Positions 43,847 through 55,639 of a stretch of DNA of 64,000 nt are shown in pieces. The notes beneath the pieces are model-generated. The model was not told the origin of the DNA and made no database searches. It was given only the letters and a program-made list of their open reading frames with translations. The stretch is from positions 250,232,001-250,296,000 of the forward strand of contig OZ024742.1 in assembly GCA_964016885.1 (NCBI GenBank). The letters run 5' to 3'. The translations under genes and the position numbers were made by a program. This DNA comes from Eledone cirrhosa (lineage: Eukaryota). The stretch's first letter is position 1. Each line of letters starts with the position of its first letter.

Positions 43847-44630
43847 ACTACTTCAACAAAAATTCTAAACATTTCTGAGTTTATGCTTCTGAAAAATTTT
43901 TCCATTTTATAGTTTTTACCCTCAACGTTGTTTGCAAATGGCGCTCTTTAAATTAATTTAGTTTTCATTTGTTGTTGCGACTGTTGTTATTATTGTTGCT
44001 TTTACTCCTGCTGTTGTTATTGTAGTTGTCATTGCTGTTGTTATTGTTGTTTTGTCTCCTGCTGTTGTTATTGTAGTTGTGATTGCTGTTGTTATTGTTG
44101 TTGTGACTGCTGTTGTTATTGTTGTTGTTATTGTTGATATTGCTATTGTGACTGTTGTTATTTTTTGCGTGACAGTTGTCTTTATTGTTGTTATTGTATT
44201 TGTGACTGCCGCTGTTATTGTTGTTGTTATTGTTGGCGTAACAGTTGTTATTGTTGTTATTGTTGTTATTGTTGTTGTGACTGTTGTTATTATTTTTGTT
44301 GCTGTTATTGATGTTATTGTTACCATAGTTGTTGTTATTTTTATGGAAGTTATTTTTGTTGTCGTTGATGTTAGTGTCGTTATTTTTGTGGATGTTGTAG
44401 TTAATGTTGTTGAAATTATTGTTAGCATTGTTGTTGATGCTATTGTTGTAATTGCTATGAATGTTGTTGTTACAATTGTTGTTGTCATTGGTTTTGTGGA
44501 TGTTATCGTTGTTGAAGTCGCAGCTAATGTTGTTGATGATATTATGTTATTGTTAGCATTGTTGATGTAACTATTGTTGTTACTGTGATTGATGTTATTA
44601 TTGACATTGTTGTTGTAGTTGTAGTTTTTG
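43535..44630. repeat. Trinucleotide repeats: (ACT)n switching to (AGT)n, (ACC), (GCT), then degenerate (GTT/ATT)n
   Basis: Direct inspection. Confidence 0.93.
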
Positions 44631-45479
44631 TTGTTTCTGTGTGCCTTAAACACATCTTTATTTTTATTTGCCGAAAAATCTTGACATAACAGAGGAGTAA
44701 ATGAAAATATTTTTAGATTTAAATTTTCAATCTGTTCAACAAGAGACACTAATATTCCAGTTTCTCTCGTGCTGAGCAGATGATGTCCTCATATTGTGGT
44801 TGTTTTTAGTTTTAAACTTTTCTTTGCAGCCCCCACCAATGAAATAAGACAACACATTTAGAACTGATGATATATACATACACACACTTCACAGAGTGAC
44901 ACATACACAACATATCTATTCATACATACATGCATATACATTAATATGTGTGTATGCGAGTCTCTTGGAATGTATGAATGTAAGTACGTATATATATATA
45001 TATATATATATATATCTATATATATATGTATGTATAATGTATCTATTTAGGTATGTATGTATTCGTGTGTGTGTATGTACGTAAGCATTTACGTACGTAT
45101 GTTTATTTGCATGTAACTATGTATGTATGTAGTTATGTATACGTAAGTATATACGTAGGTATGTACGTATTTATGTATGTAAGTATGTTATGTCTGTACG
45201 TACGTACGTATTTATGTATGTATGTATGGTGGAATCTCGTCGAGAGTAACGTATGAGTGCTCTATAACTGAGGTTAAAATATAAAACATAAAAGCTCGTA
45301 AACACTAAGAAAAAATTGGAATTCATAGAATTGCTGAAAATGTAGTGGAACTGGATAAAATTAATAAAATATTCAATGGAAATGAAGTTGAAATTCAGTG
45401 ACTGAGGGGCCCACTTGAGAAGTAAATGATCATGCCTAGACTTGCAAATCTTGTAGCACTTGTATTAAATTCTAACTCG

Positions 45480-45559
<80 letters not shown>

Positions 45560-45726
45560 ATAATAATAAATGTGAAGACTAAAATCCGAAGAGTGCTCGA
45601 TAAGGATTATATATATATATATAAATATATGTGAAGTAATTCCGTCGGAAAAATCCAGGAAAAAAGAGTGCTCTATGTAGGTAACAGAGCTTAATAGTTA
45701 TGTAATAAACAACATAAGGCAATTAT

Positions 45727-45784
45727 TCCATTTACCAGTGGTTTCTTAAAAGCAAAATATTTTGCTTTCAATCATCAGAATGAA
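45727..45784 (-). ncRNA. Type I hammerhead motif, left arm of the palindrome
   Basis: Mirror copy of 45869-45926. Confidence 0.75.
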
Positions 45785-45868
45785 AAAATCCTCGTCAATT
45801 TATTGATATTGGATTCTAAAAAAGCTTTAGTTTTTAGAATCCAATATCAATAAATTGACGAGGATTTT

Positions 45869-45926
45869 TTCATTCTGATGATTGAAAGCAAAATGTTTTG
45901 CTTTTAAGAAACCACTGGTAAATGGA
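45869..45926 (+). ncRNA. Type I hammerhead motif, right arm of the palindrome
   Basis: TTCATT-CTGATGA-TTGAAAGCAAA atgt TTTGCTTTTAA-GAAA-CC act GG-TA-AATGGA; triplet GUA; stem II is closed by U-A instead of G-C. Confidence 0.75.
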
Positions 45927-46363
45927 ATAATTGCCTTATGTTGTTTATTACATAACTATATATAAATATATATAAAAACCCATAGAGCAAATATTTATTA
46001 AAATAACACCGATTCTTTGCTTAAACTTTAATCTGTTATTTTAAAAAGGATGATTTGCTATGTCTTCCTTACGTTTATTGAGTTCGATCTGTATCGATCT
46101 AGCCAGACTCTGGAATGAAAAGCTCGTCGGAGCTCTGTTGTGGTAATGACAGACTGAACCTCTTAAGGCGTAGAATAAGTAGATAACGATTCACATTCAT
46201 TTATCGTGGTCAGTTAAAGTTTGTTTTGATTGGTGATTTTGCTAGAAGGAATGTTTTGCTTTGTGTGATAGGTGACAGGAAGTTTATAATGAAGAGATTG
46301 TGGTGGGAAACGATGGTTGATGTGAGTTGCAGAGGTTTGGTGTTTAAGCTGTTTCATAGACAT

Positions 46364-46540
46364 GCAGTATCGGTAGAGGGTCGGACGCCATGCTTTGACG
46401 CATAGAGTTACGGCCCTTTCCAATCTGAGTTCAAATCCCGCCGAGGTTAACTTTGCCTTTCATCCTTACGGGGTCGATAAAATAAAGTACCAGTAATACA
46501 CTGGTATTTGCTGGCCTTGTGCCAAAAAGTAGAAACAATT
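46364..46540 (+). mobile_element. Young SINE family A
   Basis: Near-consensus A box, B box and core. Confidence 0.9.
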
Positions 46541-47629
46541 ATGACGTTTATGTGATGAAGCGAGGGTGCTTGTTGATATTCTAAAGGTGGTTATGGGTGA
46601 TAAGTGATGGGAGAAGAAAGGGTGCGGTGCTGTACTAAATGGGTGTGGTGTTTCTGTTGGTCAGAGGTTTGCTAAAGAGGAATAAAAATAACAATAAATT
46701 AAAATGTAGTTAAGGATAAGAATACAATAAAAAAAATGTGAGGATGAGAATGTGGTGTATTTAGTATTTAAACGATATATATTAAAGGGGTTTGTAGTAC
46801 TAGAAAATATGGGATTAAAGACTGTGGCTAGTTTGTGAAATGAATATTTTATAAATAAATAGATGACTAAATAAATGAATTAGTTGCTACACTAACTATA
46901 TGGGCTAACCTATACACAGACACACACACACGCATATACGGAGTATACATAGCTACAGATATACACGCACGCATATATACGTGCATATGTCTGAACCCAT
47001 CTATATATGAAGCGAAGGGAAGTTAGATAGTGTTGTTAGAAGTGAAATAACACGAGAAAATAGATGGTTTCGATTAAATATAAAATTTACTTCACTTCAG
47101 TTAATAAAGGAACAAAGAATAAGTTGATGATGTTTTTGTTGGCATTTCGTTATGCTGAAATAGTGTGTGGCAAGTGGTCGTTCGTTAGTCACAGAAGTAA
47201 GCTAGTAGTCAAAGCTCAGTCACAACAGAAGGTGAGAGTCTGTAAGACCCCAAAAGGGTCTGTAGAAAGCAAATGTTTTACAACGTTAGTCAGGAACTGC
47301 TCCGAACTGCCATTTGGTGGGTCTAAGACAGGCTATTTATATCTGTCACTTCTTCTGTCCCCTGCCTCGAGGACCACCGGGGTGACTCCGAGGCATCACC
47401 CACACATAGACTTGTTTACGCCAAAAGGAGGTAACCCAGAATTTAACCGTTAAATATCACCCAGGGGTTAAAATGTGGACAGATTTCGCTACATATACAG
47501 ATACTCAGATATATACGTGCTCATATGCCCAGACACGCATACAATCATACACGTCTGCCTGTGTGTACCCATAGACATACATACGCAAGTATATATGTAC
47601 TAGTATTACGCTTAGAGTAATATCATAGA

Positions 47630-48400
47630 AGAATATATGGACCATTTGATCTGGTATTTCAGATTTCTATCCTTGAGGTCCCAGATCAAGTTGGCCTATC
47701 TGGTTGGGGAACGCTTAGGCCTGTGGTTCAAGGAGCTTCTGCGGTTGTACAACCGCTCCTTAAATGTTGTTGAGATTGCACGAATATATGTGTATTCTTT
47801 ATGCCTAGCCATGGCATCGCACTGGTATACAATGTTCCTGATGAGGCACTCTCCACCTAGTGGGTATTCCTCTGGATTTTTCAGTTGCATCTAGGGGCAG
47901 ATGCATTATTGGTATGTTGTTGGTCGCTCTCATTTTGGTTGGTGTTGGCTTGTTGTTGAGCATGGCTGCGTATTATTTGTGTGGTGTTATTGTGTGGTGT
48001 GTTGATGCTTGTTTGGGGTGCTTGTTTATGTTTGTGTATTTTTGTCCTATTAGTGTATGCTATAGTGTCGGCTAGACTGGGAGTTGCGGAGAAGGAGAAT
48101 TTTACTGTATGTCTGTTAAAAAACTTGTGGTTTTTGTGTGTGGGTAGAAATGATTGGTCAAGGGCCCTGAAGAATATTCCGGGGACATTGATAGCAACGT
48201 GTATCGAGTACCATGTTACGGTTCCGCTCTGGCTCCTACGACGTTTAGTGCGGTTGCTGTGGCTTGGTATATTTGTGGGTGTGCTGTGGTCAGGCGTAAC
48301 TGTCTTGTGCGCTCTGGTCTGGTTTGTAACGTTTAATCTTCGGTCCCTATTAATTAATGTTAGTGTGCTAAGCGTCCTATTCTTAGAGGGGTAGTAGGGT
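47630..48400 (-). mobile_element. Penelope-like element: linker and GIY-YIG remnant
   Basis: ALDQSFLPTHKNHKFFNRHTVKFSFS; YPLGGECLIRNIVYQC...YIRAISTTFKERLYNRRSSL...LIWDLKDRNLKYQIKWSI. Confidence 0.82.
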
Positions 48401-48564
48401 ATAGCTTTACCACATTGGGTGTAGTATGTGTCATTACCCGGTCTGTCGGCTAATGCTGGTCTTTGAGTGGTAGTTACCCTAGTGGAGACGCTCTTATCAA
48501 TACGTGTTGCTAAATGCCAGTGCTGATTGTGTAATTGTGTAATGTTGTGTTGTCAGTCTGGTCG

Positions 48565-48596
<32 letters not shown>

Positions 48597-49738
48597 CTAG
48601 TAGTGTATCCCGGCGTTGCACGGGTAAGAACATTGGTAATAGCACCTCCAATGAGAAACGTTTATTTGTGAGTGCCTGTTAAAAACTCACGAAATTATAC
48701 CGACAGGAAACTTGTTTTATTTGGAGAAAATTAAGAAGTTGAAAATACAGTTTAGCTGTCTACGTGCATTGTTTTTAGAAATATTGTTGAACCCCTTCTT
48801 TTCATACTCCTCTGTTTTGGCCTTTTGGAGTAAATGTGAAAGAGAAAGTCACAGGTTATGTTGGCAGAAGGTTCCAGTGTCATAGAAGTAAGGCGTAGGC
48901 TACTTCCCTCAAAAGTTCATTCGCACTCTTTCCACTAAGTTACTCTTTCTCTCTATCCCTCTCGGTGCAGTCCCTTGCGAATTTCTCGCGTAGGCCTGGT
49001 GTAGATTTGCACCGATCCATCTGCCCGATGCACATGTCTGCTTTGTACGTCTTTTGGAGGAAGGAGTGACCAGCAGTACATTGTTCAGTATTATTTCGAA
49101 AAGGTGTAGCAGAGAATCCCGCGTGAACTAACAGCTCGGGAAGAAACTGCTTACCTCGAAGATTCATTTGCCATCGTTCTTGTCAATGCTCCGTTTAGTT
49201 GGTATGTGTTGGTCTACAGTTAGATGAATGGCGCACAAAGGGTTAATGTTTATTGGCAAGACGGGCAACTGGGATGGCTTGCCTCGCTTATATTATATAT
49301 TAAAATAATAGATTAAAGTTTAAGCAAAGAATCGCTACTTTCACCCTTAACGGGATCTTCTGAAACTAAAAAAAATCAATCTGTGAACGCAGAAGTAAAT
49401 ATTTCGAAAAACCTTGCAACCGAAGGAAAACAGGAAGACGATACTTTGGTTCGCAAAGACGTTCCCTGCCAATGAACGGAAAATAGCGAACATAATACGT
49501 CATCAATGTTTGTCAGAATGTCGTAATGCAGACAGCCAGGCGCGATGGAGATGGATAATCGGCGCCTAACACCTCTTTAACAACAGAAAATTGAAAACTA
49601 AAAGCTGCACTTAATATCTTTAGACCGCAAGGAATATATAAATGCAAGTTTGAAGTCAATCGGAGTAGAAATGTGGATTTGTATAGACTTTGCAAAAATG
49701 AGGACAGAGACAACTACAGTTTTATATATATGTATAGA
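48597..49738 (-). mobile_element. Non-autonomous Helitron
   Basis: The 3' end reads CCCGTGCAACGCCGGG...CTAG(T) and the 5' end TCTATACATATATAAAAC on the minus strand. Confidence 0.7.
49316..49367 (-). ncRNA. Hammerhead-like CAGAAGA variant (family C)
   Basis: Minus strand: AGTTT-CAGAAGA-tCCCgttaaGGGt-GAAA-GTAGCGATTCTTTGC-TT-AAACT. Confidence 0.45.
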
Positions 49739-49739
49739 T

Positions 49740-50592
49740 ATAAATATCTAAAACAGAGAATGTCTGTCTGTCTCCATAAAACTGGAGAACCACCCAACCG
49801 ATTTTTTTCAAACTTTACACATGTAAAACTTTTGGTTGTGTAAGTGTTTTGAGCAAAAAATATTTCAAATTTTTAATGCTCTAGGGACCGCATTAGGCGA
49901 AAGACCGCATATTTTAGGATTTAAAGGCTTTTTTTAGGCATAACGGAACAATAATCCGGGCGATTTCTTTAAAATGTGCATTACTTATGTCGTTTAAAGT
50001 GTTTTGAGCAAAAAAATATTTTCTTATGTTTTGCCCAGGGACCGCATTAGGCGAAAAACCGATTTTTTGAAGCATGTTGGTTTCGTTAGGGCCTGTAACT
50101 CGAGAAGTACCCAACCGATTATTTTTAAACTTTGCATATGCATTAATTATGTTTCACAAAATTTCTTGACTGCAAAAGATTTCAAATTTTTTCCCGGGGA
50201 CCACATTGTTTAGCATTGGTTGCCTTAGGGCCTGTAACCGTAAAGTATCCAACTGAATTCCTTCATACTCTCCACCACTGCAGTCCCACATGCTTACTGC
50301 TCTGTAACTATTGCTTTCATTGTACCATAGCACAACAAATACATGTTCGGTTTGTCGAATGCCTTTTTACTTAACCTTATCGTCTTGGCTTTCGTGGGTT
50401 GAACATTTTACTCTCAGGCACCCAATTAAGTTAAACCTCTGGTAATCTACTACGAATTTTCTTATAAGCACAAAATGTAGACACGATCCCCAGGCCGAGG
50501 TATTCCGTACTTCTCTGTACTTTTTCAGAAAGGAGGGATAAACATGCCAATCTATGTTTAGAATCCCGAGCAACGCCGGGCCATTCTGCTAC
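49740..50592 (+). mobile_element. Non-autonomous Helitron, head-to-head with the previous one
   Basis: 5' ...AAAACAGAGAATGTCTGTCTGTC; 3' hairpin CCCGAGCAACGCCGGG followed by CTACT. Confidence 0.7.
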
Positions 50593-50596
50593 TTAT

Positions 50597-51078
50597 ATTA
50601 AAATAACAGATTAAAGTTTAATCAAAGAATCGCTGCTTTCACCCTTAACGGGATCATGTGGAGTTTTTAAAAAATCAATCTGTGAACGCAGAAGTAAGTA
50701 GGATATTAGTCTAATGAATCCATTTATACCATAAACGTGGTTTTGTCTTTGCGTGTAATTGTTCTCCACGGTCCACATAACGACGTATTATCTTCGCTTT
50801 TTTTCCGTTCATCGCCAGGGAACGTCTTCACGAACCAAAGTATCGTCTTCTTGTTTTCCTTCGGTTGCAACGTTTTTCGAAATATTTACTTCTGCGTTCA
50901 GAGATTGATTTTTTTAAGTTTCAGAAGATCCCGTTAAGGGTGAAAGAGGCGATTCTTTGCTTAAACTTTAATCTTTTATTTTAATAAATATTTGCTCTAG
51001 GCTTCTTATATATTTAATATATATTTATCCCAATCGATCCCTCTTTGGATCTTAGTCTTCACATTTATTATTATTACT
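50597..51078. mobile_element. Family C repeat in inverted arrangement (50597-50698 versus 50886-50985), with a hammerhead-like motif at 50916-50968 (+)
   Basis: Inverted arms of about 100 bp. The end 51030-51078 is mirrored at 45555-45592; other copies are at 40562, 45960-46045 and 49300. Confidence 0.7.
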
Positions 51079-51094
51079 ATATATATATATATAT

Positions 51095-51223
51095 ATATAA
51101 ACAAGGTTTAGCAAATAATGAAAAAGTTTCAAATAAATTTTAAAAAATTGACTTTACCTACTATAGTTACCTTTACCGATCGGTTTCGAAACTTTTTCAT
51201 TATTTGCTAAACCTTGTTTATAT
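51095..51223. repeat. 36-bp inverted repeat enclosing a hammerhead 3' half
   Basis: ATATAAACAAGGTTTAGCAAATAATGAAAAAGTTTC is mirrored; the minus strand at 51170-51187 reads GAAA-CCGATCGG-TA-AAGG. Confidence 0.8.
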
Positions 51224-51380
51224 TTGTTCTGGCTCGTTAATTTATTAACCCGCCATTGAACCACACTGGCATTTGGTTGGACAATACATGCGTACCTTGG
51301 CGCCTTGTGCGTGAAGGAACGTATATCCTATTACTATATATATATATATATATAAATATGTATATATATATATATATAGT

Positions 51381-51578
51381 AAAGAATCATCTGTACTCTA
51401 CCAACATGCTAAAATAGAACACAAGGGTAAATTAGAGAACATAGAAATAAAAATAGAATCTACACACAGAAAAGACGCAATGTTTAGACAAATTACAGAA
51501 GCAATAAACATAAAAGAATTACAACCAAAATTAAATAGAAAATATGAGTGGAACAGCAACATCACAACTTACAATTAA
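51381..51578 (+). mobile_element. Penelope-like GIY-YIG C-terminal fragment (5'-truncated in (TA)n)
   Basis: Open frame: KESSVLYQHAKIEHKG...THRKDAMFRQITEAINIKELQPKLNRKYEWNSNITTYN*. Confidence 0.75.
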
Positions 51579-51779
51579 GGACAAAATGAAAACACACACA
51601 CACATAGAACAAACAACCAACCAGTAACATGAAAATAAACAAATAAATAAATGAACATAAACACACACAGACACCCGGATGTGGCGCATGCGCAGACTGA
51701 GCACACAACACACACACAGAAACAAAATGGCGTAGGACAGAACAAAGGAGAGGCACAGAAACAAAGAAAGGAATCCCCA

Positions 51780-51822
51780 GTCACTGAAGAGGTCACAGAG
51801 TGTGTGACGAAAGAACTATGAC
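51780..51822 (+). ncRNA. Type I hammerhead in the pseudo-LTR region of a Penelope-like element
   Basis: GTCA-CTGAAGA-g-GTCACA gagtg TGTGAC-GAAA-GAAC-TA-TGAC, 200 nt after the GIY-YIG stop codon; one extra nucleotide after A9. Confidence 0.75.
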
Positions 51823-51951
51823 AATATATAAACAACTATCTGGTTGTGGAACCAACCAACCAACCAGAAATTTATAAATTTATTATAATAAATTGAAGTG
51901 AAAGCAACTGGTGCGTGTGTTTCTATTGGCAACATGACCATCCCAAAGTAT

Positions 51952-51991
<40 letters not shown>

Positions 51992-51997
<6 letters not shown>

Positions 51998-52230
51998 CAA
52001 GAAAGAAGAGTGACATGGTTTGCTATACAATAAGGGCTTTATTCACATTGATGTCAATTGTTTCTCTGAACTGGTAGGTCTAGAGATCGCTACCCGCCTG
52101 TTTTTGTGTCAATCGATCACCAATACTTTGTTATAACCAGTCTATTCATCAGAGCATGCGAGAATTGTCAGCAATGTGAATAAAGCCCTTATTGTATAGC
52201 AAACCATGTCACTCTTCTTTCTTGATTTAT
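51992..52230. repeat. 59-bp perfect inverted repeat enclosing a decayed hammerhead with a long stem II
   Basis: 51992-52050 is the reverse complement of 52172-52230. The minus strand reads TGCT-CTGATGA...ACTGGT...ACCAGT...GAAACAATTGAC. Confidence 0.75.
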
Positions 52231-52397
52231 TATTACTCCAAGTATAAACTACATAGAAATCACCACGTACTCGCAGCATCATTATGGAAACGTCTTGTTG
52301 AGTCAAACTTAGCCAAGCATTAATACTATCCACTACTCGGAGTACTCTAACTGGACTACATCTAAGTGGACTACCTATAACAATAATTTGTCATCCC

Positions 52398-52456
<59 letters not shown>

Positions 52457-52540
52457 CATACAATACATACATACATACATACATACATACATACATACAT
52501 AGATACATACATACTTACATACATACATACATACATACAT

Positions 52541-53428
52541 ACCCGGATAGTAACACTGAAGCAACACCTTCAACAGAGGAAAAAGGTTGGCAACCATCTT
52601 GCCCAGGTTTATGAGCATGAAAAAAATATATCATTAGAATAGCGACTGATCTGGAGGAGAGATATGGAATAAAGCCTGATATAAATCTCTCATCCAGAGA
52701 AATTGGTAGATCCTATTCAATGTTCAAACAAGATGAAAAAATTGACCAATTTACAGAAAAAGTTGTGCATGGATACTTGAGACGTAAAACAAAGACCATA
52801 GAGGGGATAAACCACTCAAAAAGCCTGACATGGAGTTCCGACAAGTTTATGACATCACACGTTGAGGGACATCTCTATGCAATACAGGAACAAGAACTCC
52901 CTACCAAATATCTGCTGCACAAAAGGGGAGGGCCAGCAGCTGACAATAAATGTAGGCTATGTAAAACAAAGATCGAGGATGTAAGCCACATTGTTGCCAG
53001 CTGCGAAATAATGTCATCTCGCTACTACCTCCCATGAGACACGATGGGATAGCTAGAACCATCTGGAACGCACTTCGGAAAACAAAATTAACAACAAACG
53101 AGGAAGAATATATTGAGACAGATGGCACGAAGGAATACTGGTGGAACCTGAAAATAAAAACTGCCACCAAATTAAAGCACAACCGGCCTGATATTGTTGT
53201 TTGGGACCACACATTGAAAACGTGTTCTGTTGTGGAGATCAGCTTGGAGTGTCGGACAAAAAGCGCAGCTCCCTAATTCATAGGCTACAAATGGCTGCGA
53301 TAGCTGGCACCTTCAAAATTTGCAAAACATTCTTGCGATTCAAGGGATGACAATTTCTTTTCGTTTACAACCTTGCCACCAGGAAGGTGGCCGGTATAAA
53401 AAATATACTCGAAATTAAGAGAAAGAGA
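52541..53428 (+). mobile_element. R4/Dong-like non-LTR element (CCHC knuckle, RHD, PD-type endonuclease), internally deleted, in (CATA)n
   Basis: AIQEQELPTKY...CRLCKTKIEDVSHIVASC...RHDGIAR...HNRPDIVVWD...VVEIS; C-terminus LQMAAIAGTFKICKTFLRFKG*. Confidence 0.88.
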
Positions 53429-54348
53429 CATATACATACATACATGTATGCATACATACATGCATGCATACATACAATTATAATATCATTTGGTATTGCT
53501 CATGCTGCCAATAATGCCAAGAAAAACCACACGCACTATTTGATTTTCACTTCAGCTTTATGACTAGTTATTAATTGGTACATCCAAGTTCTTTAGTCAC
53601 ACATTCCATGACCTCCCCAATGACTATTTGTTTTTCCTCAGGGCCCCTTTTTCTTTCTGATCTAATTTTGTTTACTGCATCATAATAAGACCAGAAGGAA
53701 AACGAGCCACAGAGAAAAACAAATAGTCATTGAACTGTTCACAGGATGTGTGACGAAAGAATTTTAACAAGATAGATAATCTTACTAATAATTTGGAAAT
53801 CGCATCCGTGCGTCGGTCTACCTCCGACTAGTTAGCGTAGGCACATTGAATTTGTGTTCGACAAGTGCAATTTATTTTTAAAAAAAATTTATGTGCAAGT
53901 TTTGATTCGAATGTAAATAATATATTCAATAACAAAGATATTAATTCAATTGTAAATAAAGGCGTATACAATGATTCAAATGTAAATATATTCAATATGT
54001 TTGTGTATATATAAGAATATGTAATTTTATATATACATGTATACTCATTCTCCCAGCGAAGACTGTGGAGTTTGTTTATATACATAGACAAACATGTATA
54101 GGCACACACATATATGTTATGGGTATACAAATTGCCTCCGCAGTTTTTAAATAAACTTTTAAAATTGTTTTGGACTTCTTATGAATTTTATTTTTATTAT
54201 TGTAAATGTTGTTTTTTATCACATATAACAGATATTGTCGGTCTTGCCAAGACGTAGAATAAATACATCTCTCTATATCTCCCTTAAAGAATTCAGCTTA
54301 AAATCTGTGTTGTGTTCATATGTCTGTGGAATACTCTGCCATATATAA

Positions 54349-54516
54349 CCGTATTTTCCGGGGTCGAAGAGGCTACTTTTTTCTTAAAATAAGTCTCAAA
54401 AATCTACCATGCGTCCGAGAAGCCGAAAGTTGTTTATCAATTTTTTTTCAAATTATTGGTTGTCAAAATTAGGATGCGTCCTCGAGGACGAAGCGTCTTC
54501 GCGCCGGGAAATACGG
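54349..54516. mobile_element. Tc1/mariner/pogo-type MITE
   Basis: TIRs CCGTATTTTCCGG ... CCGGGAAATACGG, followed by TA on the right. Confidence 0.7.
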
Positions 54517-54794
54517 TACGTTAATCTATATAATATTTGCAATTTGTATATCTGTTTCACAATGCCAATAAGTGACGGAGAATGGAGGAAAGAAAGAGAA
54601 AGTAATAGAAAGGTAAAGTGAGATGTGTGTGTTGTGAGATAGAGAGAAAGGGGGAAAGGGGTGGGGGAGCCACAGAACAAGAAAGAGACAGAGAGAGAAC
54701 AAGTTTGTAGCGGAGTAAAAAAAAATTGAAAGATAACCCGCACTAAGTGAGAAGGGGTACCGGTAGAGAAAGGCTGTATGTATGCCTGTGTGTG

Positions 54795-55168
54795 TATGTG
54801 TGTCAGTAAAGATACGTGTGTTTGTGTGTGTGTCAGTGAAGATACGTGTGTTTGTGTGTGTGTGTCAGTGAAGATACGTGTGTTTGTGTGTGTGTCAGTG
54901 AAGATACGTGTGTTTGTGTGTGTGTGTCAGTGAAGATACGTGTGTTTGTGTGTGTGTCAGTGAAGATACGTGTGTTTGTGTGTGTGTATTTGTGTCTGTC
55001 AGTGAATATACGTGCGTCTGTGTGTGTGTCAGTGAAGATACGTGTGCTTGTGTGTATGTCATTGAAGATACGTGTCTTTGTGTGTATGTCAGTGAAGATA
55101 CGTGTGTTTGCGTATATCAGTGAAGATACGTATGTTTGTGTGTATGTCAATGAAGATACGTGTGTGTG
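54795..55168. repeat. 28-30-bp minisatellite GTGTGTCAGTGAAGATACGTGTGTTTGT
   Basis: About 12 tandem units with variable (GT)n length. Confidence 0.93.
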
Positions 55169-55639
55169 TTACTGTGATACTTCTTTGATGTTCCACAAGA
55201 ATCTAGAATACACTTGGAGTATAAAAACACAATATTGTTAGGATCAAAATATCAGTTGAAGTTTAACCACATTGCGTTAGCTTATATAAAGTCGTTTTAC
55301 ATCAGTTTTAGAAAGTTAAGCAAAGTTACGTGACACTAAATACAACACAATAACAGACTGAGCTCCAAAGATTCTAGCCTTCTGTCTACAATGACATCTT
55401 AAATGAGGTTTCGCCAATGATTTAGATCTCCTTGGTAGAGATATTCACGTAACTTTCACGCATTTCTCATTTTATCCCTCTTTTAACTTTTAAATATAAT
55501 GCCAAGCAGAAAAATGATCTGACTATCCACAAGCTCTTCAGACGTTGCTAACAAGGCAATAAGGGGTCGTGAAACGACATTTTGATTTGCTTACATAATA
55601 TCCTTTGCTGCATGAAATTGTCAGCTCACAGATGATTTT

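Larger units (their letters stand above)
45694..45959. repeat. 266-bp palindrome (129-bp arms, 8-nt loop, 1 mismatch)
   Basis: 45694-45822 is the reverse complement of 45831-45959. Confidence 0.95.

Noticed and set aside
47835-47850. CCTGATGAGG core-like match
   Set aside because: It is the antisense of Penelope coding sequence (ECLIRN), with no downstream GAAA or stems.
48890-49240. HLTVDQHIP motif suggesting piggyBac transposase capture in a Helitron
   Set aside because: A single short motif with no supporting downstream sequence.
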